Assembly: GCA_964016885.1 (NCBI GenBank)
Contig: OZ024744.1
Location: 120,776,001 to 120,840,000 of the forward strand
Direction of reading: 5' to 3'
Source: Eledone cirrhosa
Lineage: Eukaryota
Length of the DNA stretch: 64,000 bases
Notes under the pieces: model-generated
The model's database searches: none
Seen by the model: the letters and a program-made list of their open reading frames with translations, nothing else
Told to the model about the DNA's origin: nothing
Part shown: piece by piece, positions 27,100 through 40,166 of the stretch
How the letters are laid out: each line of letters starts with the position of its first letter
Numbering within the stretch: the first letter of the stretch is position 1
Program-made: the position numbers and the translations under genes

Positions 27100-29670
27100 G
27101 ACATTCTAACCACATGTCATAGTATCAGAGCTGTGATCTCTCAATTCAGAGATTCTTTCCTCAGACATTCTAAGCACATGTCATAGTATCAGACCTGTGA
27201 TCTCTCAATTCAGAGATTCTTTCCTGAGAAATTCTAACCTCATGTCTGTAGTATCAGAGCTGTGATCTCTCAATTCAGAGATTCTTTCCTGAGAGATTCT
27301 AACTCCATGTCCACAGTATCAGAGCTGTGATCTCTCAATTCAGAGATTCTTTCCTGAGATATTCTAACAACATGTCATAATATCAGAGCTATGATCTCTC
27401 AATTCAGAGATTCTTTCCTGAGACATTCTAACCACATGTCTGTAGTATCAGAGCTGTGATGTCTCAATTCAGAGATTCTTTCCTGATACATTCTAACCAC
27501 ATGTCATAGTATCAGAGCTGTGATCTCTCAATTCAGAGATTCTTTACGGAGACATTCTAACCACGTCATAGTAACAGAGCTGTGATATCTCAATTCAAAG
27601 ATTCTTTCCTGAGACATTCTAACCACATGTCATAGTATCAGAGCTGTGATTTCTCAATTTAGATATTCTTTCCTGAGATATTCTAACCACATGTCATAAT
27701 ATTAGAGCTGTGATATCTCAATTCAGAGATTCTTTCCTGAGATATTCTAACCACATGTCATAGTATCAGAGCTGTGATCTCTCAATTCAGAGATTCTTTC
27801 ATGAGACATTCTAACCACATGTCATAGTATCAGAGCTGTGATCTCTCAATTCAGAGATTCTTTGCTGAGACATTCTAACCACATGTCATAGAATCAGAGC
27901 TGTGATCTCTCAATTCAGAGATTCTTTCCTGAGAACTTCTAACCACATGTCTGTAGTATCAGAGCTGTGATCTCTCAATTCAGAGATTCTTTCCTGAGAC
28001 ATTCTAACCACATGTCATAGTAGCAGATCTGTGATGTCTCAATTCAGAGATTCTTTCCTGGGATATACTAACCACATGTCATATTATCAGAGCTGTGATC
28101 TCTCAATTCAGAGATTCTTTCCTGAGACATTCTAACCACATCTCATAGTATCAGAGCTGTGATATCTCAATTCAGAGATTCTTTCCTGAGACATTCTAAC
28201 CACATGTCATTGAATCAGAGCTGTGATCTCTCAATTCAGAGATTCTTTCCTGAGACATTCTAACCACATGTCATAGTATTAGAGCTGTGATCTCTCAATT
28301 CAGAGATTCTTTCCTGAGAAATTCTAACCTCATGTCTGTAGTATCAGAGCTGTAATCTCTCAATTCAGATAATCTTTCCTGAGACATTCTAACCACATGT
28401 CATAGTATCAGAGCTGTGATCTCTCAATTCAGAGATTCTTTCCTCAGACATTCTAAGCACATGTCATAGTATCAGACCTGTGATCTCTCAATTCAGAGAT
28501 TCTTTCCTGACAAATTCTAACCTCATGTCTGTAGTATCAGAGCTGTGATCTCTCAATTCAGAGATTCTTTCCTGAGACATTCTAACTCCATGTCCACAGT
28601 ATCAGAGCTGTGATCTCTCAATTCAGAGATTCTTTCCTGAGATATTCTAACAACATGTCATAATATCAGAGCTATGATCTCTCAATTCAGAGATTCTTTC
28701 CTGAGACATTCTAACCACATGTCTGTAGTATCAGAGCTGTGATGTCTCAATTCAGAGATTCTTTCCTGATACATTCTAACCACATGTCATAGTATCAGAG
28801 CTGTGATCTCTCAATTCAGAGATTCTTTACGGAGACATTCTAACCACGTCATAGTAACAGAGCTGTGATATCTCAATTCAAAGATTCTTTCCTGAGACAT
28901 TCTAACCACATGTCATAGTATCAGAGCTGTGATTTCTCAATTTAGATATATTCTTTCCTGAGATATTCTAACCACATGTCATAATATTAGAGCTGTGATA
29001 TCTCAATTCAGAGATTCTTTCCTGAGATATTCTAACCACATGTCATAGTATCAGAGCTGTGATCTCTCAATTCAGAGATTCTTTCATGAGACATTCTAAC
29101 CACATGTCATAGTATCAGAGATGTGATCTCTCAATTCAGAGATTCTTTGCTGAGACATTCTAACCACATGTCATAGAATCAGAGCTGTGATCTCTCAATT
29201 CAGAGATTCTTTCCTGAGAACTTCTAACCACATGTCTGTAGTATCAGAGCTGTGATCTCTCAATTCAGAGATTCTTTCCTGAGACATTCTAACCACATGT
29301 CATAGTAGCAGATCTGTGATGTCTCAATTCAGAGATTCTTTCCTGGGATATACTAACCACATGTCATAGTATCAGAGCTGTGATCTCTCAATTCAGAGAT
29401 TCTTTCCTGAGACATTCTAACCACATCTCATAGTATCAGAGCTGTGATATCTCAATTCAGAGATTCTTTCCTGAGACATTCTAACCACATGTCATTGAAT
29501 CAGAGCTGTGATCTCTCAATTCAGAGATTCTTTCCTGAGACATTCTAACCACATGTCATAGTATTAGAGCTGTGATCTCTCAATTCAGAGATTCTTTCCT
29601 GAGAAATTCTAACCTCATGTCTGTAGTATCAGAGCTGTAATCTCTCAATTCAGAGAATCTTTCCTGAGAC
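27100..29670. repeat. Tandem duplication, unit ~1283-1285 bp (20 monomers)
   Basis: TTTACGGAGAC at 27546/28829 (offset 1283); GGATATACTA at 28061/29346 (offset 1285, after a 2-bp insertion near 28945). A related copy of TTTACGG lies at 25176. Confidence 0.85.
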
Positions 29671-32600
29671 ATTCTAACTCCATGTCCACAGTATCAGAGC
29701 TGTGATCTCTCAATTCAGAGATTCTTTCCTGAGACATTCTAACCACATGTCATAGTATCAGTGCTGTGATCTCTCAATATAGAGATTCTTTCCTGAGATA
29801 TTCTAACCACATGTCATGGTATCAGAGCTGTGATCGCTCAATTCAGAGATTCTTTCCTAGGGTATTCTAACCACATGTCATAGTATCAGAGCTGTGATCT
29901 CTCAATTCAGATATTCTTTCCTGAGACATTCTAACCACATGGCATAGGATCAGAGTTGTGATCTCTCAATTCAGAGATTATTTCCTGAGATATTCTAACC
30001 AGATGTCATAGTATCAGAACTGTGATCTCTCAATTCAGAGATTGTTTCCTGAGACATTCTAACCACATGTCATAGTATTAGAGCTGTGATCTCTCAATTC
30101 AGAGATTCTTTCCTGATACATTCTAACCACATGTCATAGTATCAGAGCTGTGATTTCTCAATTCAGAGATTCTTTCCTGAGACATTCTAAACACGTCATA
30201 GTATCAGAGCTGTAATATCTCAATTCAGAGATTCTTTCATGAGACATTCTAACCACATGTCATAGTATCAGAGCTGTGATCTCTCAATTTAGATATTCTT
30301 TCCTGAGATATTCTAACCACATGTCATAGTATTAGAGCTGTGATCTTTCAATTCAGAGATTCTTTCCTGAGACATTCTAACCACATGTCATAGTATCAGA
30401 GCTGTGATCTCTCAATTCAGAGATTCTTTCCTGAGACATTCTAACCACATGTCATAGTATCAGAACTGTGATCTCTCAATTCAGAAATTCTTTCCTGAGA
30501 CATTCTAACCACATGTCATAGTATAAGAGCTGTGAACTCTCAATTCAGAGATTCTTTCCTGATACATTCTAACCACATGTCATAGTATTAGAGCTGTGAT
30601 CTCTCAATTCAGAGATTCTTTCCTGAGACATTCTAACCACGTCATAGTATCAGAGCTGTGATATCTCAATTCAGAGATTCTTTCATGAGACATTCTAACC
30701 ACATGTCATAGTATCAGAGCTGTGATCTCTCAATTCAGAGATTCTTTCCTGAGAACTTCTAACCACATGTCTGTAGTATCAGAGCTGTGATCTCTCAATT
30801 CAGAGATTCTTTCCTGAGATATTCTAACCACATGTCATAGTATCAGAGCTGTGATCTCTCAATTCAGAGATTCTTTCCTGAGACATTCTAACCACATGTC
30901 ATAGTATCAGAGCTGTGAACTCTCAATTCAGAGATTATTTCCTGATACATTCTAACCACATGTCATAGTATCAGAGCTGTGATCTCTCAATTCAGAGATT
31001 CTTTCCTGAGACATTCTAACCACGTCATAGTATCAGAGCTGTGATATCTCAATTCAGACATTCTTTCATGAGACATTCTAACCACATGTCATAGTATCAG
31101 AGCTGTGATCTCTCAATTTAGATATTCTTTCCTGAGACATTCTAACCACATGTCATAGTATCAGAGCTGTGAACTCTCAATTCAGAGATTCTTTCCTGAT
31201 ACATTCTAACCACATGTCATAGTATTAGAGCTGTGATCTCTCAATTCAGAGATTCTTTCCTGAGACATTCTAACCACGTTATAGTATCAGAGCTGTGATA
31301 TCTCAATTCAGAGATTCTTTCATGAGACCTTCTAACCACATGTCATAGTATTAGATCTGTGATCTCTCAATTCAGAGATTCTTTCCTGGGATATTCTAAC
31401 AACATGTCATAGTATCAGAGCTGTGATCTCTCAATTCAGAGATTCTTTCCTGAGACATTCTAACCACATCTCATAGTCTAAGAGCTGTGATATCTCAATT
31501 CAGAGATTCTTTCCTGAGACATTCTAACCGCATGTCATAGAATCAGAGCTGTGATCTCTCAATTCAGAGATTCTTTCCTGAGACGTTCTAATCACATGTC
31601 ATAGTATTAGAGCTGTAATCTCTCAATTCAGAGATTCTTTCCTGAGAAATTCTAACCTCATGTCTGTAGTATCAGAGCTGTGATCTCTCAATTCAGAGAA
31701 TCTTTCCTGAGACATTCTAACTCCATGTCCACAGTATCAGATCTGTGATCTCTCAATTCAGAGATTCTTTCCTGAGATATTCTAACCACATGTCATAGTA
31801 TCAGAGCTGTGATCTCTCAATTCAGAGATTCTTTCCTGGGATATTCTAAGCACATGTCATAGTATCAGAGCTGTGATCTCTCAATTCAGATATTCTTTCC
31901 TGAGACATTCTAACCACATGTCATAGGATCAGAGTTGTGATCTCTCAATTCAGAGATTCTTTGCTGAGATATTCTAACCACATGTCATAGTATCAGAGCT
32001 GTGATCTCTCAATTCAGAGATTCTTTCCTGAAACATTCTAACCGCATGTCATAGTATTAGAGCTGTGATCTCTCAATTCAAAGATTCTTTCCTGAGACAT
32101 TCTTACCACATGTCATAGTATCAGAGCTGTGATCTCTCAATTCAGAGATTCTTTCCTGAGACATTCTAACCACGTCATAGTATCAGAGCTGTGATATCTC
32201 AATTCAGAGATTCTTTCATGAGACATTCTAACCACATGTCATAGTATCAGAGCTGTGATCTCTCAATTCAGAGATTCTTTCCTGAGACATTCTAACCACA
32301 TCTCATTCTATCGGAGCTGTGATCTCTCAATTCAGAGATTCTTTCCTGAGACATTCTAACCACATGTCATAGTATCAGAGCTGTGATCTCTCAATTCAGA
32401 GATTATTTCCTGAGAAATTCTAACCTCATGTCTGTAGTATCAGAGCTGTGATCTCTCAATTCAGAGATTCTTTCCTGAGACATTCTAACCCCTTGTCTGT
32501 AGTATCAGAGCTGTATGCTCTCAATTCAGAGATTCTTTCCTGAGACTTTCTAACCACATGTCATTGTATCGGAGCTGTGATCTCTCAATTCAGCGATTCT

Positions 32601-33469
32601 TTCCTGAGACATTCTAACCACATGTCATAGTATCAGAGCTGTGATCTCTCAATTCAGAGATTCTTTTCTCAGACATTCTAAGCACATGTCATAGTATCAG
32701 ACCTGTGATCTCTCAATTCAGAGATTCTTTCCTGAGAAATTCTAACCTCATGTCTGTAGTATCAGAGCTGTGATCTCTCAATTCAGAGATTCTTTCCTGA
32801 GACATTCTAACTCCATGTCCACAGTATCAGAGCTGTGATCTCTCAATTCAGAGATTCTTTCCTGAGATATTCTAACAACATGTCATAATATCCGAGCTAT
32901 GATCTTTCAATTCAGAGATTCTTTCCTGAGACATTCTAACCACATGTTTGTAGTATCAGAGCTGTGATGTCTCAATTCAGAGATTCTTTTCTGATACATT
33001 CTAACCATATGTCATAGTATCAGAGCTGTGATCTCTCAATTCAGAGATTCTTTACTGACACATTATAACCACGTCATAGTATCAGAGCTGTGATATCTCA
33101 ATTCAAAGATTCTTTCCTGAGACATTCTAACCACATGTCATAGTATCAGAGCTGTGATTTCTCAATTTAGATATTCTTTCCTGAGATATTCTAACCACAT
33201 GTCATAATATTAGAGCTGTGATATCTCAATTCAGAGATTCTTTCCTGAGATATTCTAACCACATGTCATAGTATCAGAGCTGTGATCTCTCAATTCAGAG
33301 ATTCTTTCTTGAGACATTCTAACTCCATGTCCACAGTATCAGAGCTGTGAATTCTCAATTCAGAGATTCTTTCCTGAGACATTCTAACCACATGTCATAG
33401 AATCAGAGCTGTGATCTCTCAATTCAGAGATTCTTTCCTGAGACATTCTAACCACATGTCATAGTAGCA

Positions 33470-36400
33470 GATCTGTGATGTCTCAATTCAGAGATTCTTT
33501 CCTGGGATATTCTAACCACATGTCATAGTATCAGAGCTGTGATATCTCAATTCAGAGATTCTTTCCTGAGACATTCTAACCACATCTCATAGTATCAGAG
33601 CTGTGATATCTCAATTCAGAGATTCTTTCCTGAGACATTCTAATCACATGTCATTGAATCAGAGCTGTGATCTCTCAATTCAGAGATTCTTTCCTGAGAC
33701 ATTCTAACCACATGTCATAGTATTAGAGCTGTGATCTCTCAATTCAGAAATTCTTTCCTGAGAAATTCTAACCTCATGTCTGTAGTATCAGAGCTGTAAT
33801 CTCTCAATTCAGAGAATCTTTCCTGAGACATTCTAACTCCATGTCCACAGTATCAGAGCTGTGATCTCTCAATTCAGAGATTCTTTCCTGAGACATTCTA
33901 ACCACATGTCATAGTATCAGTGCTGTGATCTCTCAATATAGAGATTCTTTCCTGAGATATTCTAACCACATGTCATAGTATCAGAGCTGTGATCTCTCAA
34001 TTCAGAGATTCTTTCCTAGGATATTCTAACCACATGTCATAGTATCAGAGCTGTGATCTCTCAATTCAGATATTCTTTCCTGGGACATTCTAACCACATG
34101 TCATAGGATCAGTGTTGTGATCTCTCAATTCAGAGATTCTTTCTTGAGATATTCTAACCACATGTCATAGTATCAGAGCTGTGATCTCTCAATTCAGAGA
34201 TTCTTTCCTGAGACATTCTAACCACATGTCATAGTATTAGAGCTGTGATCTCTCAATTCAGAGATTCTTTCCTGAGACATTCTTACCACATGTCATAGTA
34301 TCAGAGCTGTCATCTCTCAATTTAGAGATTCTTTCCTGAGACATTCTAACCACATGTCATATTATCAGAGCTGTGATCTCTCAATTCAGGGATTCTTTCC
34401 TGAGACATTCTCACCACATGTCATAGTATCAGAGCTGTGATCTCTCAATTCAGAGATTCTTTCCTGAGAACTTCTAACCACATGTCTGTAGTATCAGAGC
34501 TGTGATCTCTCAATTCAGAGATTCTTTCCTGAGATATTCTAACCACATGTCATAGTATCAGAGCTGTGATCTCTCAATTCAGAGATTCTTTCCTGAGACA
34601 TTCTAACCACATGTCATAGTATCAGAACTGTGATCTCTCAATTCAGAAATTCTTTGCTGAGACATTCAAACCACATGTCATAGTATCAGAGCTGTGAACT
34701 CTCAATTCAGAGATTCTTTCCTGATACATTCTAACCACATGTCATAGTATCAGATCTGTGATTTCTCAATTCAGAGATTCTTTCCTGAGACATTCTAAAC
34801 ACGTCATAGTATCAGAGCTGTAATATCTCAATTCAGAGATTCTTTCATGAGACATTCTAACCACATGTCATAGTATCAGAGCTGTGATCTCTCAATTTAG
34901 ATATTCTTTCCTGAGATATTCTAACCAAATGTCATAGTATTAGAGCTGTGATCTCTCAATTCAGAGATTCTTTCCTGAGACATTCTAACCACATGTCATA
35001 GTATCAGAGCTGTGATCTCTCAATTCAGAGATTCTTTCCTGAGACATTCTAACCGCATGTCATAGTATCAGAACTGTGATCTCTCAATTCAGAAATTCTT
35101 TCCTGAGACATTCTAACCACATGTCATAGTATCAGAGCTGTGAACTCTCAATTCACAGATTCTTTCCTGATACATTCTAACCACATGTCATAGTATTAGA
35201 GCTGTGATCTCTCAATTCAGAGATTCTTTCCTGAGACATTCTAACCACGTCATAGTATCAGAGCTGTGATATCTCAATTCAGAGATTCTTTCATGAGACA
35301 TTCTAACCACATGTCATAGTATCAGAGCTGTGATCTCTCAATTCAGAGATTCTTTCCTGAGAACTTCTAACCACATGTCTGTAGTATCAGAGCTGTGATC
35401 TCTCAATTCAGAGATTCTTTCCTGAGATATTCTAACCACATGTCATAGTATCAGAGCTGTGATCTCTCAATTCAGAGATTCTTTCCTGAGACATTCTAAC
35501 CACATGTCATAGTATCAGAGCTGTGAACTCTCAATTCAGAGATTATTTCCTGATACATTCTAACCACATGTCATAGTATCAGAGCTGTGATCTCTCAATT
35601 CAGAGATTCTTTCCTGAGACATTCTAACCACGTCATAGTATCAGAGCTGTGATATCTCAATTCAGAGATTCTTTCATGAGACATTCTAACCACATGTCAT
35701 AGTATCAGAGCTGTGATCTCTCAATTTAGATATTCTTTCCTGAGACATTCTAACCACATGTCATAGTATCAGAGCTGTGAACTCTCAATTCAGAGATTCT
35801 TTCCTGATACATTCTAACCACATGTCATAGTATTAGAGCTGTGATCTCTCAATTCAGAGATTCTTTCCTGAGACGTTCTAACCACGTCATAGTATCAGAG
35901 CTGTGATATCTCCATTCAGAGATTCTTTCATGAGACCTTCTAGCCACATGTCATAGTATTAGATCTGTGATCTCTCAATTCAGAGATTCTTTCCTGGGAT
36001 ATTCTAAGCACATGTCATAGTATCAGAGCTGTGATCTCTCAATTCAGAGATTCTTTCCTGAGACATTCTAACCACATCTCATAGTCTAAGAGCTGTGATA
36101 TCTCAATTCAGAGATTCTTTCCTGAGACATTCTAACCGCATGTCATAGAATCAGAGCTGTGATCTCTCAATTCAGAGATTCTTTCCTAAGACGTTCTAAT
36201 CACATGTCATAGTATTAGAGCTGTAATCTCTCAATGCAGAGATTCTTTCCTGAGAAATTCTAACCTCATGTCTGTAGTATCAGAGCTGTGATCTCTCAAT
36301 TCAGAGAATCTTTCCTGAGACATTCTAACTCCATGTCCACAGTATCAGAGCTGTGATCTCTCAATTCAGAGATTCTTTCCTGAGACATTCTAACCACATG

Positions 36401-38850
36401 TCATAGTATCAGTGCTGTGATCTCTCAATATAGAGATTCTTTCCTGAGACATTCTAACCACATGTCTGTAGTATCAGAGCTGTGATGTCTCAATTCAGAG
36501 ATTCTTTTCTGATACATTCTAACCATATGTCATAGTATCAGAGCTGTGATCTCTCAATTCAGAGATTCTTTACTGACACATTATAACCACGTCATAGTAT
36601 CAGATCTGTGATGTCTCAATTCAGAGATTCTTTCCTGGGATATTCTAACCACATGTCATAGTATCAGAGCTGTGATATCTCAATTCAGAGATTCTTTCCT
36701 GAGACATTCTAACCACATCTCATAGTATCAGAGCTGTGATATCTCAATTCAGAGATTCTTTCCTGAGACATTCTAATCACATGTCATTGAATCAGAGCTG
36801 TGATCTCTCAATTCAGAGATTCTTTCCTGAGACATTCTAACCACATGTCATAGTATTAGAGCTGTGATCTCTCAATTCAGAAATTCTTTCCTGAGAAATT
36901 CTAACCTCATGTCTGTAGTATCAGAGCTGTAATCTCTCAATTCAGAGAATCTTTCCTGAGACATTCTAACTCCATGTCCACAGTATCAGAGCTGTGATCT
37001 CTCAATTCAGAGATTCTTTCCTGAGACATTCTAACCACATGTCATAGTATCAGTGCTGTGATCTCTCAATATAGAGATTCTTTCCTGAGATATTCTAACC
37101 ACATGTCATAGTATCAGAGCTGTGATCTCTCAATTCAGAGATTCTTTCCTAGGATATTCTAACCACATGTCATAGTATCAGAGCTGTGATCTCTCAATTC
37201 AGATATTCTTTCCTGGGACATTCTAACCACATGTCATAGGATCAGTGTTGTGATCTCTCAATTCAGAGATTCTTTCTTGAGATATTCTAACCACATGGCA
37301 TAGTATCAGAGCTGTGATCTCTCAATTCAGAGATTCTTTCCTGAGACATTCTAACCACATGTCATAGTATTAGAGCTGTGATCTCTCAATTCAGAGATTC
37401 TTTCCTGAGACATTCTTACCACATGTCATAGTATCAGAGCTGTGATCTCTCAATTTAGAGATTCTTTCCTGAGACATTCTAACCACATGTCATAGTATCA
37501 GAGCTGTGATCTCTCAATTCAGAGATTCTTTCCTGAGACATTCTCACCACATGTCATAGTATCAGAACTGTGATCTCTCAATTCAGAGATTCTTTCCTGA
37601 GAACTTCTAACCACATGTCTGTAGTATCAGAGCTGTGATCTCTCAATTCAGAGATTCTTTCCTGAGATATTCTAACCACATGTCATAGTATCAGAGCTGT
37701 GATCTCTCAATTCAGAGATTCTTTCCTGAGACATTCTAACCACATGTCATAGTATCAGAACTGTGATCTCTCAATTCAGAAATTCTTTGCTGAGACATTC
37801 AAACCACATGTCATAGTATCAGAGCTGTGAACTCTCAATTCAGAGATTCTTTCCTGATACATTCTAACCACATGTCATAGTATCAGAGCTGTGATTTCTC
37901 AATTCAGAGATTCTTTCCTGAGACATTCTAAACACGTCATAGTATCAGAGCTGTAATATCTCAATTCAGAGATTCTTTCATGAGACATTCTAACCACATG
38001 TCATAGTATCAGAGCTGTGATCTCTCAATTTAGATATTCTTTCCTGAGATATTCTAACCAAATGTCATAGTATTAGAGCTGTGATCTCTCAATTCAGAGA
38101 TTCTTTCCTGAGACATTCTAACCACATGTCATAGTATCAGAGCTGTGATCTCTCAATTCAGAGATTCTTTCCTGAGACATTCTAACCACATGTCATAGTA
38201 TCAGAACTGTGATCTCTCAATTCAGAAATTCTTTCCTGAGACATTCTAACCACATGTCATAGTATCAGAGCTGTGAACTCTCAATTCAGAGATTCTTTCC
38301 TGATACATTCTAACCACATGTCATAGTATTAGAGCTGTGATCTCTCAATTCAGAGATTCTTCACTGAGACATTCTAACCACGTCATAGTATCAGAGCTGT
38401 GATATCTCAATTCAGAGATTATTTCCTGAGACATTCTAACCACATGTCATAGTATCAGAGCTGTGATCTCTCAATTCAGAGATTCTTTCCTGAGAACTTC
38501 TAACCACATGTCTGTAGTATCAGAGCTGTGATCTCTCAATTCAGAGATTCTTTCCTGAGATATTCTAACCACATGTCATAGTATCAGAGCTGTGATCTCT
38601 CAATTCAGAGATTCTTTCCTGAGACATTCTAACCACATGTCATAGTATCAGAGCTGTGAACTCTCAATTCAGAGATTATTTCCTGATACATTCTAACCAC
38701 ATGTCATAGTATCAGAGCTGTGATCTCTCAATTCAGAGATTCTTTCCTGAGACATTCTAACCACGTCATAGTATCAGAGCTGTGATATCTCAATTCAGAG
38801 ATTCTTTCATGAGACATTCTAACCACATGTCATAGTATCAGAGCTGTGAT
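33470..38850. repeat. Block duplication, offset 3133 bp (49 monomers): ~33470-35720 repeated at ~36600-38850
   Basis: TGGGACATTC...GGATCAGTGTTG at 34081/37214 and CTAACCAAAT at 34921/38054. Confidence 0.87.
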
Positions 38851-40098
38851 ATCTCAATTCAGAGATTCTTTCATGAGACCTTCTTGCCACATGTCATAGT
38901 ATTAGATCTGTGATCTCTCAATTCAGAGATTCTTTTCTGGGATATTCTAAGCACATGTCATAGTATCAGAGCTGTGATCTCTCAATTCAGAGATTCTTTC
39001 CTGAGACATTCTAACCACATCTCATAGTCTAAGAGCTGTGATATCTCAATTCAGAGATTCTTTCCTGAGACATTCTAACCGCATGTCATAGAATCAGAGC
39101 TGTGATCTCTCAATTCAGAGATTCTTTCCTGAGACGTTCTAATCACATGTCATAGTATTAGAGCTGTAATCTCTCAATTCAGAGATTCTTTCCTGAGAAA
39201 TTCTAACCTCATGTCTGTAGTATCAGAGCTGTGATCTCTCAATTCAGAGAATCTTTCCTGAGACATTCTAACTCCATGTCCACAGTATCAGAGCTGTGAT
39301 CTCTCAATTCAGAGATTCTTTCCTGAGACATTCTAACCACATGTCATAGTATCAGATCTGTGATCTCTCAATTCAGAGATTCTTTCCTGAGACATTCTAA
39401 CCACGTCATAGTATCAGAGCTGTGATATCTCAATTCAGAGATTCTTTCATGAGACATTCTAACCACATGTCATAGTATCAGAGCTGTGATCTCTCAATTT
39501 AGATATTCTTTCCTGAGATATTCTAACCACATGTCATAGTATTAGAGCTGTGATCTCTCAATTCAGAGATTCTTTCCTGATACATTCTAACCACATGTCA
39601 TAGTACTAGAGCTGTGATCTATCAATTCAGAGATTCTTTCCTGAGACATTCTAACCACGTCATAGTATCAGAGCTGTGATATCTCAATTCAGAGATTCTT
39701 TCATGAGACATTCTAACCACATGTCATAGTATCAGAGCTGTGATCTCTCAATTCAGCGATTCTTCCCTGAGACATTCTAACCACATGTCATAGTATCAGA
39801 GCTGTGATCTCTCAATTCAGAGATTCTTTCCTGAGACATTCTAATAACATCTCATAGTCTAAGGCTGTGATATCTCAATTCAGAGATTCTTTCCTGAGAC
39901 ATTCTTACCACATGTCATAGTATCAGAGCTGTGATCTCTCAATTCAGAGATTCTTTCCTGAGACATTCTAACCACATGTCATAGTATCAGAGCTGTGATC
40001 TCTCAATTCAGAGATTCTTTCCTGAGACATTCTAACCACATGTAATAGTATTAGAGCTGTGATCTCTCAACTTAGAGATTCTTTCCTGAGACATTCTA

Positions 40099-40166
40099 AC
40101 CACATGTATCAGAGACATTCTTAATAGTGATCTCTCAATTCAGAGATTCTTTCCTGAGACATTCTT
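40099..40166. repeat. Rearranged 68-bp monomer (ACCACATGTATCAGAGACATTCTTAATAGTGATC...), copy 1
   Basis: Read directly; the next monomer starts at 40167. The same variant occurs at 42981 and 47218. Confidence 0.93.
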
